Below are positions 9,389 to 17,685 of a DNA stretch of 54,775 bases, in pieces. Below the pieces are notes generated by a model. The model searched no databases. It worked only from the letters and a program-made list of their open reading frames with translations, and was not told where the DNA came from. Source of the stretch: an uncultured bacterium (GTDB lineage: Bacteria > Omnitrophota > Omnitrophia > Omnitrophales > Aquincolibacteriaceae); contig CAYZYT010000015.1 in assembly GCA_964482725.1 (NCBI GenBank), positions 1 to 54,775 of the forward strand, read 5' to 3'. Every line of letters starts with the position of its first letter. Positions within the stretch are counted from its first letter, which is position 1. Both the position numbers and the translations under genes were made by a program.

Positions 9389-9684
9389 GATTTCCCCCTC
9401 GTTTTGCAGCAGCCCCCTTCAATCTTGATGGCCTTGAGGTTGACGAGGGCGTCGGAAACTTTGGAGCGGGCAGAGGCGAGGATCCTCGAGATCGTGGAGC
9501 GGTGAACTTTCATCTTAAGCGCGATGGCTTTTTGGTCGAAATTCAGAAGGTCGCAAAGCCGAAGGGCCTCAAATTCATCGAGCGAAAGGATCACGCCCTG
9601 AAGTTTTTCTTTAGGCCGGCAACGAGGTCTGAAGCACCGTTCGCCGGGGTTGCATTGGATCCATCTTGGTTTTTTAGGCCGCAT
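9385..9684 (-). CDS. DUF134-family predicted DNA-binding protein
   Basis: MRPKKPR, LSLDEFEALRLCD, HTH Q..IA..M.VHRSTISRIL, IKIEGG, terminal CC. Confidence 0.85.
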   Translation of the reverse strand: MRPKKPRWIQCNPGERCFRPRCRPKEKLQGVILSLDEFEALRLCDLLNFDQKAIALKMKVHRSTISRILASARSKVSDALVNLKAIKIEGGCCKTRGKS

Positions 9685-9695
9685 GGGAGGCTCGC

Positions 9696-9717
9696 ATTAT
9701 GCACATATGTGCATAAT
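9696..9717. promoter_or_regulatory. Perfect 22-bp palindrome, candidate operator of the ars cluster
   Basis: ATTATGCACATATGTGCATAAT overlapping the -10 box and start region of the minus-strand promoter. Confidence 0.75.
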
Positions 9718-9741
9718 AGGCGCCTGGACCGCTTGCGTCAA
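9713..9741 (-). promoter_or_regulatory. Sigma70-type promoter of the DUF134-ars operon
   Basis: TTGACG-17 nt-TATTAT on the minus strand. Confidence 0.65.
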
Positions 9742-9933
9742 GTTTTTGAAGCGTGTCCTGCGGGCCGGGGGACCAAGGGGAAAAAGCAGCCGCCGAGTAA
9801 GAAAGCGGGTGCTGGTTGGGCGGCGGGGAGTTGTGTTAGAATGCTCAAGAGCGGGGACTTTTTTGCGGGCAAGTAGATTTTCGCACTGTTTTGAAAATGA
9901 ACAAAAACGCTTTCTATCTCTAACGGGGGAGCC

Positions 9934-10410
9934 ATGGAATCCAAAAAGCCGATTCTGGTCAAGGATGATAATGTGAACGCCACCGAGATGGCGAAGATGG
10001 TCCTCGAAAAAAGCGGACTTTATGCTGTGAAAATGCGTGCCCCGGAAAAAAAATCGATCCTGGTCGTCGACGATAATGTGAACGCCAGCCAAATGGCAAA
10101 AATGATCCTCGAAAAAACCGGGCTCTACACGGTGATCCTTTGCAATCGCGGGAGTGAGGCTTTTCAGATGATCCAGGACACACAACCGGAGTTGGTGCTT
10201 CTCGATATTGTGATGCCGGACGCGGATGGGACGGACATTGCGAACCGGATCCAGCAGGATAAGTCGCTCACGCGTACGGGGGTTATTTTCATGACCGCTC
10301 TTGTCGCCAAGACGGAGTCCTTGATCGGAGGGCATGCGTTTATCGCCAAACCGATCTGCGCCGAAATTCTTCTCAAACGAGTGAAGGCTTTTTTCGAAGC
10401 AAGGAATTGA
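9934..10410 (+). CDS. Stand-alone response regulator receiver with a duplicated 35-aa N-terminus
   Basis: ILVVDD, LLDIVMP, MTA, AKP; first 35 aa repeated. Confidence 0.85.
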   Translation: MESKKPILVKDDNVNATEMAKMVLEKSGLYAVKMRAPEKKSILVVDDNVNASQMAKMILEKTGLYTVILCNRGSEAFQMIQDTQPELVLLDIVMPDADGTDIANRIQQDKSLTRTGVIFMTALVAKTESLIGGHAFIAKPICAEILLKRVKAFFEARN

Positions 10411-10564
10411 TCTCAAGACTTCCAGCTCTTTTTAACGGAGGCTTGCCTGGCGTCTATTTTCTTCTGAATAAGGTTGATCGGGACTCGCCCGATTAATTTC
10501 GCACTGTTTTGAAAATGAACGAAAGCGCTTCTCAAAAGCGCTTCCTATCTCTAACGGGGGAGTT

Positions 10565-10948
10565 ATGGGACAAAAAAAATCGATCCTGATCGTCGACGAT
10601 GATATGGATGCCAGTCAGATGGTGAAGATGATACTCGATAGGACAGGGCTTTACGCCGTGAGTATTTGTAACCGCGGCAGCGAGGCTTTTAAGCTTATTC
10701 AGGAGACTCAGCCCGAGCTGGTGCTTCTGGATATTATGATGCCGGACGCGGATGGGACGGATATCGCAGACCGGATCCAAAAAGACAAATTCCTTACGAA
10801 TACGAGGATCGTGTTCATGACGTCGCTTGTCTCCGAGCAAGAAGTGCTTAAGAACGCCGTGATCGGGGGACACCCGTTCATTTCCAAGCCCATCAGTGGG
10901 GAGGCGCTTCTCGAGAGGATTCGGGGATTTTTCGAAATTGGGAATTGA
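10565..10948 (+). CDS. Stand-alone response regulator receiver, paralog of the upstream gene
   Basis: ILIVDD, LLDIMMP, MTS, SKP. Confidence 0.9.
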   Translation: MGQKKSILIVDDDMDASQMVKMILDRTGLYAVSICNRGSEAFKLIQETQPELVLLDIMMPDADGTDIADRIQKDKFLTNTRIVFMTSLVSEQEVLKNAVIGGHPFISKPISGEALLERIRGFFEIGN

Positions 10949-12002
10949 CTTCAAGAAGTCTGAAGTCCTGTTCGCGCTCGAGTTGATCCGCGGCGGTTCG
11001 GAGTTGGCTCGAGGCATTCGCTCGGGGACCTCCATTCGTTCTATCCTCAAGCCGGACCATTCTCCTGTGACGCTCGCCGATATGGGTATTCAAGCGCTCG
11101 CCGGAGCACTTCTCGAACAGTATCTTCCCGAAGCAGTGCTTGTGGCCGAAGAAGATGCCGATCATCTTCAAACCCCGGAAGGTGATGAAGACCTTAAAAA
11201 GATCACCGACCGTGTGCATGCCTTTTTCCCGAAGGCGACCCCGGGCGATATTTGCCGGTGGATCCAGCGAGGGCAGGGTCGGCCGGGCGAATCCTTTTGG
11301 ACGCTCGATCCGATCGACGGGACCAAGGGATTTTTGAGAGGCGGCCCGCCTACTGTCTCAAAAAAAATATTTGAGAAAGGCGAGGCTCGCCCGTTTTCGC
11401 AGGGCGGCCAGTATGTGACCGCGCTGGCGTTCATCCAAAATGGGAAAGTGGAGCTGGCGGCGATCGGATGCCCGGAACTGGAATTGCGCGGGCATAAAGC
11501 TTTGGGTCAAGGCGTCGGGATCTTTGCGGCCCGAGGTCAGGGCTGCTGGGCGTTCTCCCTGGGAGCGAGTGAAGATTTCAAACGATGGGTCCGTTTGGCG
11601 GTTTCCCCTTGCCGGGAAATCAGCAAGGCTCGTGTCCTGGATTCTTTTGACCCGGAACATAAGAATGCTGAAAAGGACCGGCGCGTTCGCGAGGGGCTCG
11701 GGATTCATCAGGAGACGATCGTTTTAGACAGTATGGCAAAACACGTTGTGCTTGCCTCCGGCGACGCGGAGATCTTCTTCAGGACTTTGCCGAGGAAAGA
11801 GCCGGGCTATCGGGAAAAAATATGGGATGTCGCGGCCGGCGCTTTGGTGATCGAGGAGGCGGGGGGGCGCGTGACGGATCTCGAAGGCCGGGAGCTTGAT
11901 TTTAGCGCGGGGCTCACGCTGGCGAGGAATCCCGGGTTTGTGGCGACGAACGGTCTTTTACATGAGGCTGTCCTCGAAGTCCTTAAAAAAGCGAGTGGAT
12001 AA
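10938..12002 (+). CDS. Inositol monophosphatase family / 3'(2'),5'-bisphosphate nucleotidase, with a 21-aa in-frame insert
   Basis: SPVTLAD, AEED, WTLDPIDGTKGF, IWDVAAG..IEEAGG; probable TTG start at 10938 (ORF open from 10896). Confidence 0.88.
   Translation: MGIDFKKSEVLFALELIRGGSELARGIRSGTSIRSILKPDHSPVTLADMGIQALAGALLEQYLPEAVLVAEEDADHLQTPEGDEDLKKITDRVHAFFPKATPGDICRWIQRGQGRPGESFWTLDPIDGTKGFLRGGPPTVSKKIFEKGEARPFSQGGQYVTALAFIQNGKVELAAIGCPELELRGHKALGQGVGIFAARGQGCWAFSLGASEDFKRWVRLAVSPCREISKARVLDSFDPEHKNAEKDRRVREGLGIHQETIVLDSMAKHVVLASGDAEIFFRTLPRKEPGYREKIWDVAAGALVIEEAGGRVTDLEGRELDFSAGLTLARNPGFVATNGLLHEAVLEVLKKASG
11340..11409 (+). repeat. In-frame 63-bp palindromic insert flanked by a GGCGGCC direct repeat
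   Basis: GGCGGCC at 11340-11346 and 11403-11409; same family as 3439-3541. Confidence 0.85.
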
Positions 12003-12607
12003 TGGGAACGTCTTTCAAAAATTTCGTCATCCTGAGAGGAGCGAAGGATCCCGCCCGAGGCGGGACAAGAAGCAATCCTCAGAATGACACGGGGGCTCTG
12101 GGTCGAAAAAGGGAGAGAGTTGCACTTTTCTCTAGGCCCCAAAAGAAATGGATGCGGCTTGCGATAAGATCCGCGCAAGCGGGGATCCGGCGGCCCGAAG
12201 GAGGCCCCTTCGGCGCGGTGATCGTGCAGGGGAGTCGGGGGGTCGCGGTCGCGCACAATACCGTTCTTCTGGATCAAGATGCTACGTGTCATGCGGAAAT
12301 AAAGGCGATCCGGCTCGCGTCCCGGAAACTCAAACGGTTCGATCTTTCGGATTGCGTGATCTATTCCACCACGGAGCCCTGCCCGATGTGTTTTTCCGCG
12401 ATCCATTGGGCCCGGATCGCGAAGGTGATCTTCGGGACGAGTATCGCGGATGTTCAAAAAAGAGGTTTTCATGAACTGTCCATCCCGAGCCGCAAAATGA
12501 AGCGTGAAGGAAAAAGCCCGGTCTCCCTTCAGGCAGGTTTCATGAAAAAAGAATGCCGGGCTTTGCTTTCTGACTGGGATCGAAGAGGATCTCAAGAAGT
12601 CTACTGA
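12002..12607 (+). CDS. Nucleoside/guanine deaminase (cytidine deaminase superfamily) with a repeat-derived N-terminal extension
   Basis: GGPFGAVIV, HAE, EPCPMC; ATG overlaps the upstream stop (TAATG). Confidence 0.88.
   Translation: MGTSFKNFVILRGAKDPARGGTRSNPQNDTGALGRKRERVALFSRPQKKWMRLAIRSAQAGIRRPEGGPFGAVIVQGSRGVAVAHNTVLLDQDATCHAEIKAIRLASRKLKRFDLSDCVIYSTTEPCPMCFSAIHWARIAKVIFGTSIADVQKRGFHELSIPSRKMKREGKSPVSLQAGFMKKECRALLSDWDRRGSQEVY
12026..12088. repeat. GTCAT(T/C)CTGAG-family element in frame in the deaminase N-terminus
   Basis: GTCATCCTGAG...CTCAGAATGAC, 63 nt, with nested TCCCGCC-CGA-GGCGGGA. Confidence 0.8.
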
Positions 12608-12724
12608 GATCCGTCTTTTTTCGGGGGAAGGGTTCCCCTGGTTTTTTTGCTGTTTCTGGTATTTTAATGAGGGGTCGTGTATAATTCCGACGAATTTTCT
12701 ATAAAAAAGAAAACGGGAAATCCC

Positions 12725-13471
12725 ATGCCATTCAAATTTAGTTTTTTCAAAAAACAACGAGAGGAATATACCGGTACGGTCTATTCCGTCTATCAGCCGA
12801 TCGTGGATATCGCGACCGGGGATGTGATCGGGTATGAAGCCCTGGCCCGGAGCGAGAGGGAAATGCCCGCGGAGATGTTCCGCCGGTCCTATGAAAAAGG
12901 AACGGTGATCCCGTTCGATTTCCATTGCCTGGAGTCTGCCATCAAGGTGCTTCCCGAGTTGCAGGAAGGCCAGTATCTTTTCCTCAATATCGAGCCGCTT
13001 ACCCTGGAACAAGCCTTTTCGAAAGGGAAAGAGGGAGAAGAATTTTTGAAAGGTCTGAAGGCTTACTCTGACAAAGTCGTTTTTGAATTGACCGAAGGCG
13101 TGAAGAAATCGGATTTCGCGTTCATCCAGCGCGGGGTGGAATTTATCCGGGCTTTCGGTTATCGTTTTGCCCTGGATGACATCGATGATATCAGCGTCAA
13201 GACCTCGCAGCTGGCGTCGCTTCGGCCGGATTTTCTGAAGATCGATCTTCAGCTGGTGCAGGGGATCGCGAGCAATTATCTCAACCAGCAGATCGTCCGT
13301 GAGATGGTCCATCTCGGGCGCGTGAACGGTTCCGAAATGGTCGCCGAGGGTGTGGAGCACAAATCGGATCTTGATTTTATTCGTAATATGGGGATCCGTT
13401 ACGGCCAGGGATTCTTTTTCGCCAAGCCTTCCAAGGAATTGATCCTTTCTCTCCAGCTGCCGCAGGAATAA
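12725..13471 (+). CDS. Stand-alone EAL-domain protein (c-di-GMP phosphodiesterase family)
   Basis: YQPIVD, YEALAR, FELTE, ALDD, LKID, AEGVE, QGFFF. Confidence 0.9.
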   Translation: MPFKFSFFKKQREEYTGTVYSVYQPIVDIATGDVIGYEALARSEREMPAEMFRRSYEKGTVIPFDFHCLESAIKVLPELQEGQYLFLNIEPLTLEQAFSKGKEGEEFLKGLKAYSDKVVFELTEGVKKSDFAFIQRGVEFIRAFGYRFALDDIDDISVKTSQLASLRPDFLKIDLQLVQGIASNYLNQQIVREMVHLGRVNGSEMVAEGVEHKSDLDFIRNMGIRYGQGFFFAKPSKELILSLQLPQE

Positions 13472-13649
13472 CCCCAAAATTCAGTCTCTCGGCAGATTCA
13501 TCCCCGCGCCGGTGACGCCGGGACAACCCTTGTTTTGCATGGAGTGTTTTGCCTGGGCGACAAGGCCGGGACTGATTTCCCATTTAGATCATTCGATAAA
13601 ATGAGAATCCGTGCGGACGACCGTGGACGCGAAGAAAATAAAAGGCAGG

Positions 13650-14093
13650 TTAGGAAGCCGAATCCATCGTTTTTGCGAAATCCTCGGCGTTGCGGTCGAT
13701 CCATATCTTCGCGGCTTCTTCTTCTGAAAAGGGCTGCCCCCTGAGAAGCGACATTTTTTCGCGATATTGTCGGATCTGGATGATCTCTTCGGCGAGTTTG
13801 GCGCGGAAGGAACTTACGGAATCTTCAAAACAGACGCCGGTTTTGAAAAGGCCGGTGGTGGCGTCTTTTTCAGAGTGTGTGACGTGGGCCTTCATTTTAA
13901 AGAGCTGCTTTTCGACGGGGATGGAGAGTTGCAGATAGGTTCCTTCAGGGATGGGGTCCGGCCAAAAGAAGGCCAATCCTCCCTGCGAAAGATCCTCGGC
14001 GCGACCGTTTAACGCCGTGTCATCGTCGACCTTTGTGAGTTGGATCGGAACTTTGATCGGGTGTCTGAAGAACTTGCGTTTTTCATTTTCCAT
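13650..14093 (-). CDS. PilZ-domain protein
   Basis: RKFFR (RxxxR) and DLSQGG (DxSxxG) c-di-GMP motifs; start placed at ATG 14093. Confidence 0.88.
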   Translation of the reverse strand: MENEKRKFFRHPIKVPIQLTKVDDDTALNGRAEDLSQGGLAFFWPDPIPEGTYLQLSIPVEKQLFKMKAHVTHSEKDATTGLFKTGVCFEDSVSSFRAKLAEEIIQIRQYREKMSLLRGQPFSEEEAAKIWIDRNAEDFAKTMDSAS

Positions 14094-14226
14094 GCCCAAA
14101 GTATAACCTATAAATTCATTTTTGCCATAGCTGGGCTCTTTTTTGTATAATACTTGGGAATCGTAGATTTTCATACCTACGCTCAGGATCTTTTGATCGA
14201 TCAAAATATAGCAAAAACAATCAATT

Positions 14227-17200
14227 ATGACACTCACGGAAGTCCAAAAAAAAGCGGTCCAAACGGTCGGAAAGAACATTCTCGTGTCGGCGGGGGCCGG
14301 GACCGGGAAAACGAGGGTTCTGGTCGAGAGGATTTTGCACCTGCTCCGCACACAAAAAGCCACGATCACCGAGCTGCTCGTCCTCACCTTTACGGAGAAA
14401 GCCGCCAACGAGATCAAAACGCGTCTTTCGCGGGGATTTCGGGAAATGAGTCTTGTCGGCCCCCGGCGGGATCTTGAAAAAGCCGCGATCTCCACTTTCC
14501 ACAGTTTTGCTTCACGCCTTTTGAAGGAGCATCCGATCGAAGCGGGAGTGGATCCGGATTTTCGCGTGATCGAGACGGAACAATCCGAGCTCTTAAAAGA
14601 AGAAGCGATGCGCGAGATGATCGCGAAGATCTATGATGAAAAAAAGGAAGCTTTCGAACTCCTGCCGGCGTACGGAGAGACGGTCGCCTGCGACGGCCTC
14701 CTGAAGGTCTTCACCGCGGCGCGCCACGAAGGGAAGGGTCTCCGGGAGTTCTTCCTCGAGAATGAACAAAAAGAGCGGGAGATCTCCGCGAGAAGGGAAA
14801 AGGAATTGCCCGGGGAAGCGCGGGAGCTCCTCGCGAAACTCGAAGAGATCGACGCGGCGGCTTGGGAGCGATTTCTCAGTAACACGCCATGGGATGCCGG
14901 GACGTTCCGGGATTTCAGGGAATGGGCCGCACTCTATAAAGGAAAGCGCAAGGCCGGCTGGAAGGAATGGCGCGCGCTTCTGGAGGATCTTGCGGCGCTT
15001 CGAAGGGGGCCCCTGGCCGCGCCCTGGAAAGAAAAATTTGAACAGATGGCGCTTGCGTTCGAGGCGGCCTACAGTGCCAAGAAAAAAGAAAAAGGCTTTT
15101 TAGATTTTGACGACCTGCAGATGAAGGCCGTGGGGCTTTTTCGAGGAGAGAAGCCGGCGCTCCAGAAGCTCCGGGAGCGGTACCAGCGCGAGTTCAAATT
15201 CATCCTGGTCGACGAGTTCCAGGATACGAATTTTCTTCAGATGGAATTTGTCGAGCTGCTTTCCTCCGGAAACAACCTTTTCATGGTCGGCGATTACAAA
15301 CAGTCGATCTACGGGTTCCGCGGCGCGGAGCCGGGGATCTTTCTGGCCCAAGAAAAGCTTTATGCGGACGGCGCTCAAGGAGAGCGGATCTTTCTCGATG
15401 AAAGTTTTCGGAGCGATCCTCCCGTGCTCGACTTCGCGAACCAGTTTTTCAAAACGCTTTGGGCCGAAGACCTCTTTCCTTTCGAACCGCTTCGTCCTCA
15501 CTTCTTGCCTCAAGAAGGGAAGGTCCCGCAGGCTCCCGCCGTGGAGGTCCTTGTGACCGAACTGAAAGAAAATGAGGATATGCGCTGCGCCCGGTTGCGA
15601 GAGGCCCGAAGGATCGCGGCACGCATTTGCGAACTCCATGAAAAAGACAAGATCCCTTACGGCGATATCGCGGTGCTTTTCCAGGCCATGACCCTGAGCG
15701 GGATCTATGAGGATGCCTTCAAATCTGCCGGCGTGCCCTACTTTATCGTCGCAGGCCGCGGGTTTTACGAGCAGCCCGAGATCCAGGACATGATGAGTTT
15801 TCTCTCCCATCTCGAGCGGCCGCTTGCGGATATCCCCCTGGCCGCGACGCTCCGCTCGCCTCTTTTTCACATTACCGATGACACGCTCTTCTGGCTCTGC
15901 CGTCAGGTCAAGGAAAAGAACGAAGAGGCGCCCCTTTATCATGCGGTCAAAGCCTTCGATCGTGTTCCGGAGATCTCCGAAGATCAAAAGGTGCGCCTGG
16001 AGGCCTTCCTGAAATTCACACACACGTTGGCGGAACTCAAAGACAGGATCCCTCTTTCGGAGCTACTCGACAAGATGCTTGAGGGCACGGGCTATGAGCT
16101 TTCGGTTCTTATGGATCCGAAGGGCGTGCGCCGGTACGCGAACCTCAAGAAACTCATCGCGATGGTCCGAGAATATGAAACTTATGAGCGAATGTCGCTC
16201 GCGTCTTTTTTGAATGTTCTAAAACGGTTGAAGGCTCAGGAAGTCCGCGAGTCCGAGGCTCAGATCGCGCTTGAAACGAGCGTGGAGGCGGTGCGCATGA
16301 TGAGCGTGCACGCGGCGAAAGGGCTGGAATTCCCGGTCGTGTTCGTGGCGGACATGGGGCATCAGAGGTCGCGGTCGGATTCCAAAGCCGTGATCGCGCA
16401 TGCTTCCGACGGTTACGCCCTGCAGGTGCCCGAGGGAGCGGATCGTGAGATGCAAAGGCCTTACTTTTTTCAGTGGGTCGATGGGGCGATCGCCAAGCGC
16501 GATACCGAGGAATGGAAACGTCTTTTTTATGTGGCGGTGACGCGCGCGAAGTCGCGGCTTTTCTTGAGCGGCGTCCATAAAAAGAAAAAAGAAGAGAAGG
16601 AAAACTTCCGAGAGATGGCTTCCTGGATGGATTGGGCCATGGCGATCTGCGACGACGGGGCGTCCAAACCCCGCGAGCGTGCTGGGGGCAGTGAGACTCC
16701 AGCCTGTGAAGGTTTGTCCTTAAAAATGACGCGCGACACGGAATGCCCGGCAGGACCCCACCCCGGGGCGAAAGAGAACTTTCTTGAGAGGGTGGAAGCT
16801 TCCATTAAAACCATAGAGTGGAAAGAGGACCTTTCGACGAGGAACGAGTCCCGAGGAACGAGTCCCTCTCTTCCCCGCAGCATCGACCTCCCGGTTTCAG
16901 CGTATGTGCTTTTCCGCAAAGATCCGCAGGAGTTTTGGCGCACCTATCAGATCGGATGGCCGGTCTCGGCTTTTAATTTTTTCACAGAGAGGGCAGACGA
17001 GACCGCCCCATCCCGCCTTTGCGCCGGCGGGATGACAAGTATGGGGACGGTCGGAGAGAACGAGTGGGCCGGAGAAGAAACGATCTTCCGCGAGGATGAT
17101 TTTTCCGCCTCGGATTTCGGGACGGCCATGCATGGATTTTTTGAGCATCTGGATTTTGGGAAGCCCGAACGCTTTCTGGCGGCCGAGACGCTCGAGCGTG

Positions 17201-17685
17201 TCTTTGGTCGTTTTGGGAAAGAGGCCCTCAGCGACGCGCGAACGATCATCCAGGATTTTATGAAGCAACCCCTTTTTCAAGAGCTCGGAAAAGCCCAACA
17301 GATCCAACGCGAGATCGATTTTGTCTTAAACGAGCGCCGCGGGCTCATCCATGGCAAGATCGATCTGTTGTTCGAGGATGGCAAAGGCCAGTGGCATATC
17401 CTGGATTACAAGACTGCGGCGGGGGATGAAGAAGCGGCGCGCAAGAGCGCCTACGACCTTCAGCTGGAGATCTACGCGCTCGCCGCTGAAAGGATCCTGA
17501 AACTCCCGGTCCGTTCTGCTATTATTTATTATCTCAAGAATCAAAAAGCGGTGACGATTTCGTTCCCTTCGGAAAAGTCAGGGGCTTTTTTTGACGATCT
17601 TGAGAACAAGATCCGTAACTTGCAGCAGAAGATCCTGGATTATTCCAACGAACGGATGGCCAAGGAAAGCGAGGCGAATTCATGA
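14227..17685 (+). CDS. addA: UvrD/AddA-like ATP-dependent helicase with C-terminal PD-(D/E)xK nuclease
   Basis: AGAGTGKT, VDEFQDTN, VGDYKQSIYGFRGA, HAAKGLEF, YVAVTRA, GKIDLL..ILDYKT. Confidence 0.85.
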   Translation: MTLTEVQKKAVQTVGKNILVSAGAGTGKTRVLVERILHLLRTQKATITELLVLTFTEKAANEIKTRLSRGFREMSLVGPRRDLEKAAISTFHSFASRLLKEHPIEAGVDPDFRVIETEQSELLKEEAMREMIAKIYDEKKEAFELLPAYGETVACDGLLKVFTAARHEGKGLREFFLENEQKEREISARREKELPGEARELLAKLEEIDAAAWERFLSNTPWDAGTFRDFREWAALYKGKRKAGWKEWRALLEDLAALRRGPLAAPWKEKFEQMALAFEAAYSAKKKEKGFLDFDDLQMKAVGLFRGEKPALQKLRERYQREFKFILVDEFQDTNFLQMEFVELLSSGNNLFMVGDYKQSIYGFRGAEPGIFLAQEKLYADGAQGERIFLDESFRSDPPVLDFANQFFKTLWAEDLFPFEPLRPHFLPQEGKVPQAPAVEVLVTELKENEDMRCARLREARRIAARICELHEKDKIPYGDIAVLFQAMTLSGIYEDAFKSAGVPYFIVAGRGFYEQPEIQDMMSFLSHLERPLADIPLAATLRSPLFHITDDTLFWLCRQVKEKNEEAPLYHAVKAFDRVPEISEDQKVRLEAFLKFTHTLAELKDRIPLSELLDKMLEGTGYELSVLMDPKGVRRYANLKKLIAMVREYETYERMSLASFLNVLKRLKAQEVRESEAQIALETSVEAVRMMSVHAAKGLEFPVVFVADMGHQRSRSDSKAVIAHASDGYALQVPEGADREMQRPYFFQWVDGAIAKRDTEEWKRLFYVAVTRAKSRLFLSGVHKKKKEEKENFREMASWMDWAMAICDDGASKPRERAGGSETPACEGLSLKMTRDTECPAGPHPGAKENFLERVEASIKTIEWKEDLSTRNESRGTSPSLPRSIDLPVSAYVLFRKDPQEFWRTYQIGWPVSAFNFFTERADETAPSRLCAGGMTSMGTVGENEWAGEETIFREDDFSASDFGTAMHGFFEHLDFGKPERFLAAETLERVFGRFGKEALSDARTIIQDFMKQPLFQELGKAQQIQREIDFVLNERRGLIHGKIDLLFEDGKGQWHILDYKTAAGDEEAARKSAYDLQLEIYALAAERILKLPVRSAIIYYLKNQKAVTISFPSEKSGAFFDDLENKIRNLQQKILDYSNERMAKESEANS
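17001..17052. repeat. Nested palindromic insert in the AddA coding region
   Basis: GACCGCCCCAT ... ATGGGGACGGTC enclosing CATCCCGCC..GGCGGGATG. Confidence 0.6.

Noticed and set aside
11807-13477. 556-aa minus-strand ORF, and similar long antisense ORFs (29131-30231, 33835-35046, 48987-49979, 52114-53088)
   Set aside because: Shadow frames opposite well-supported genes, with no recognisable motifs.
14094-14495. N-terminal extension of the PilZ ORF
   Set aside because: Overlaps addA on the opposite strand; the domain starts at ATG 14093.
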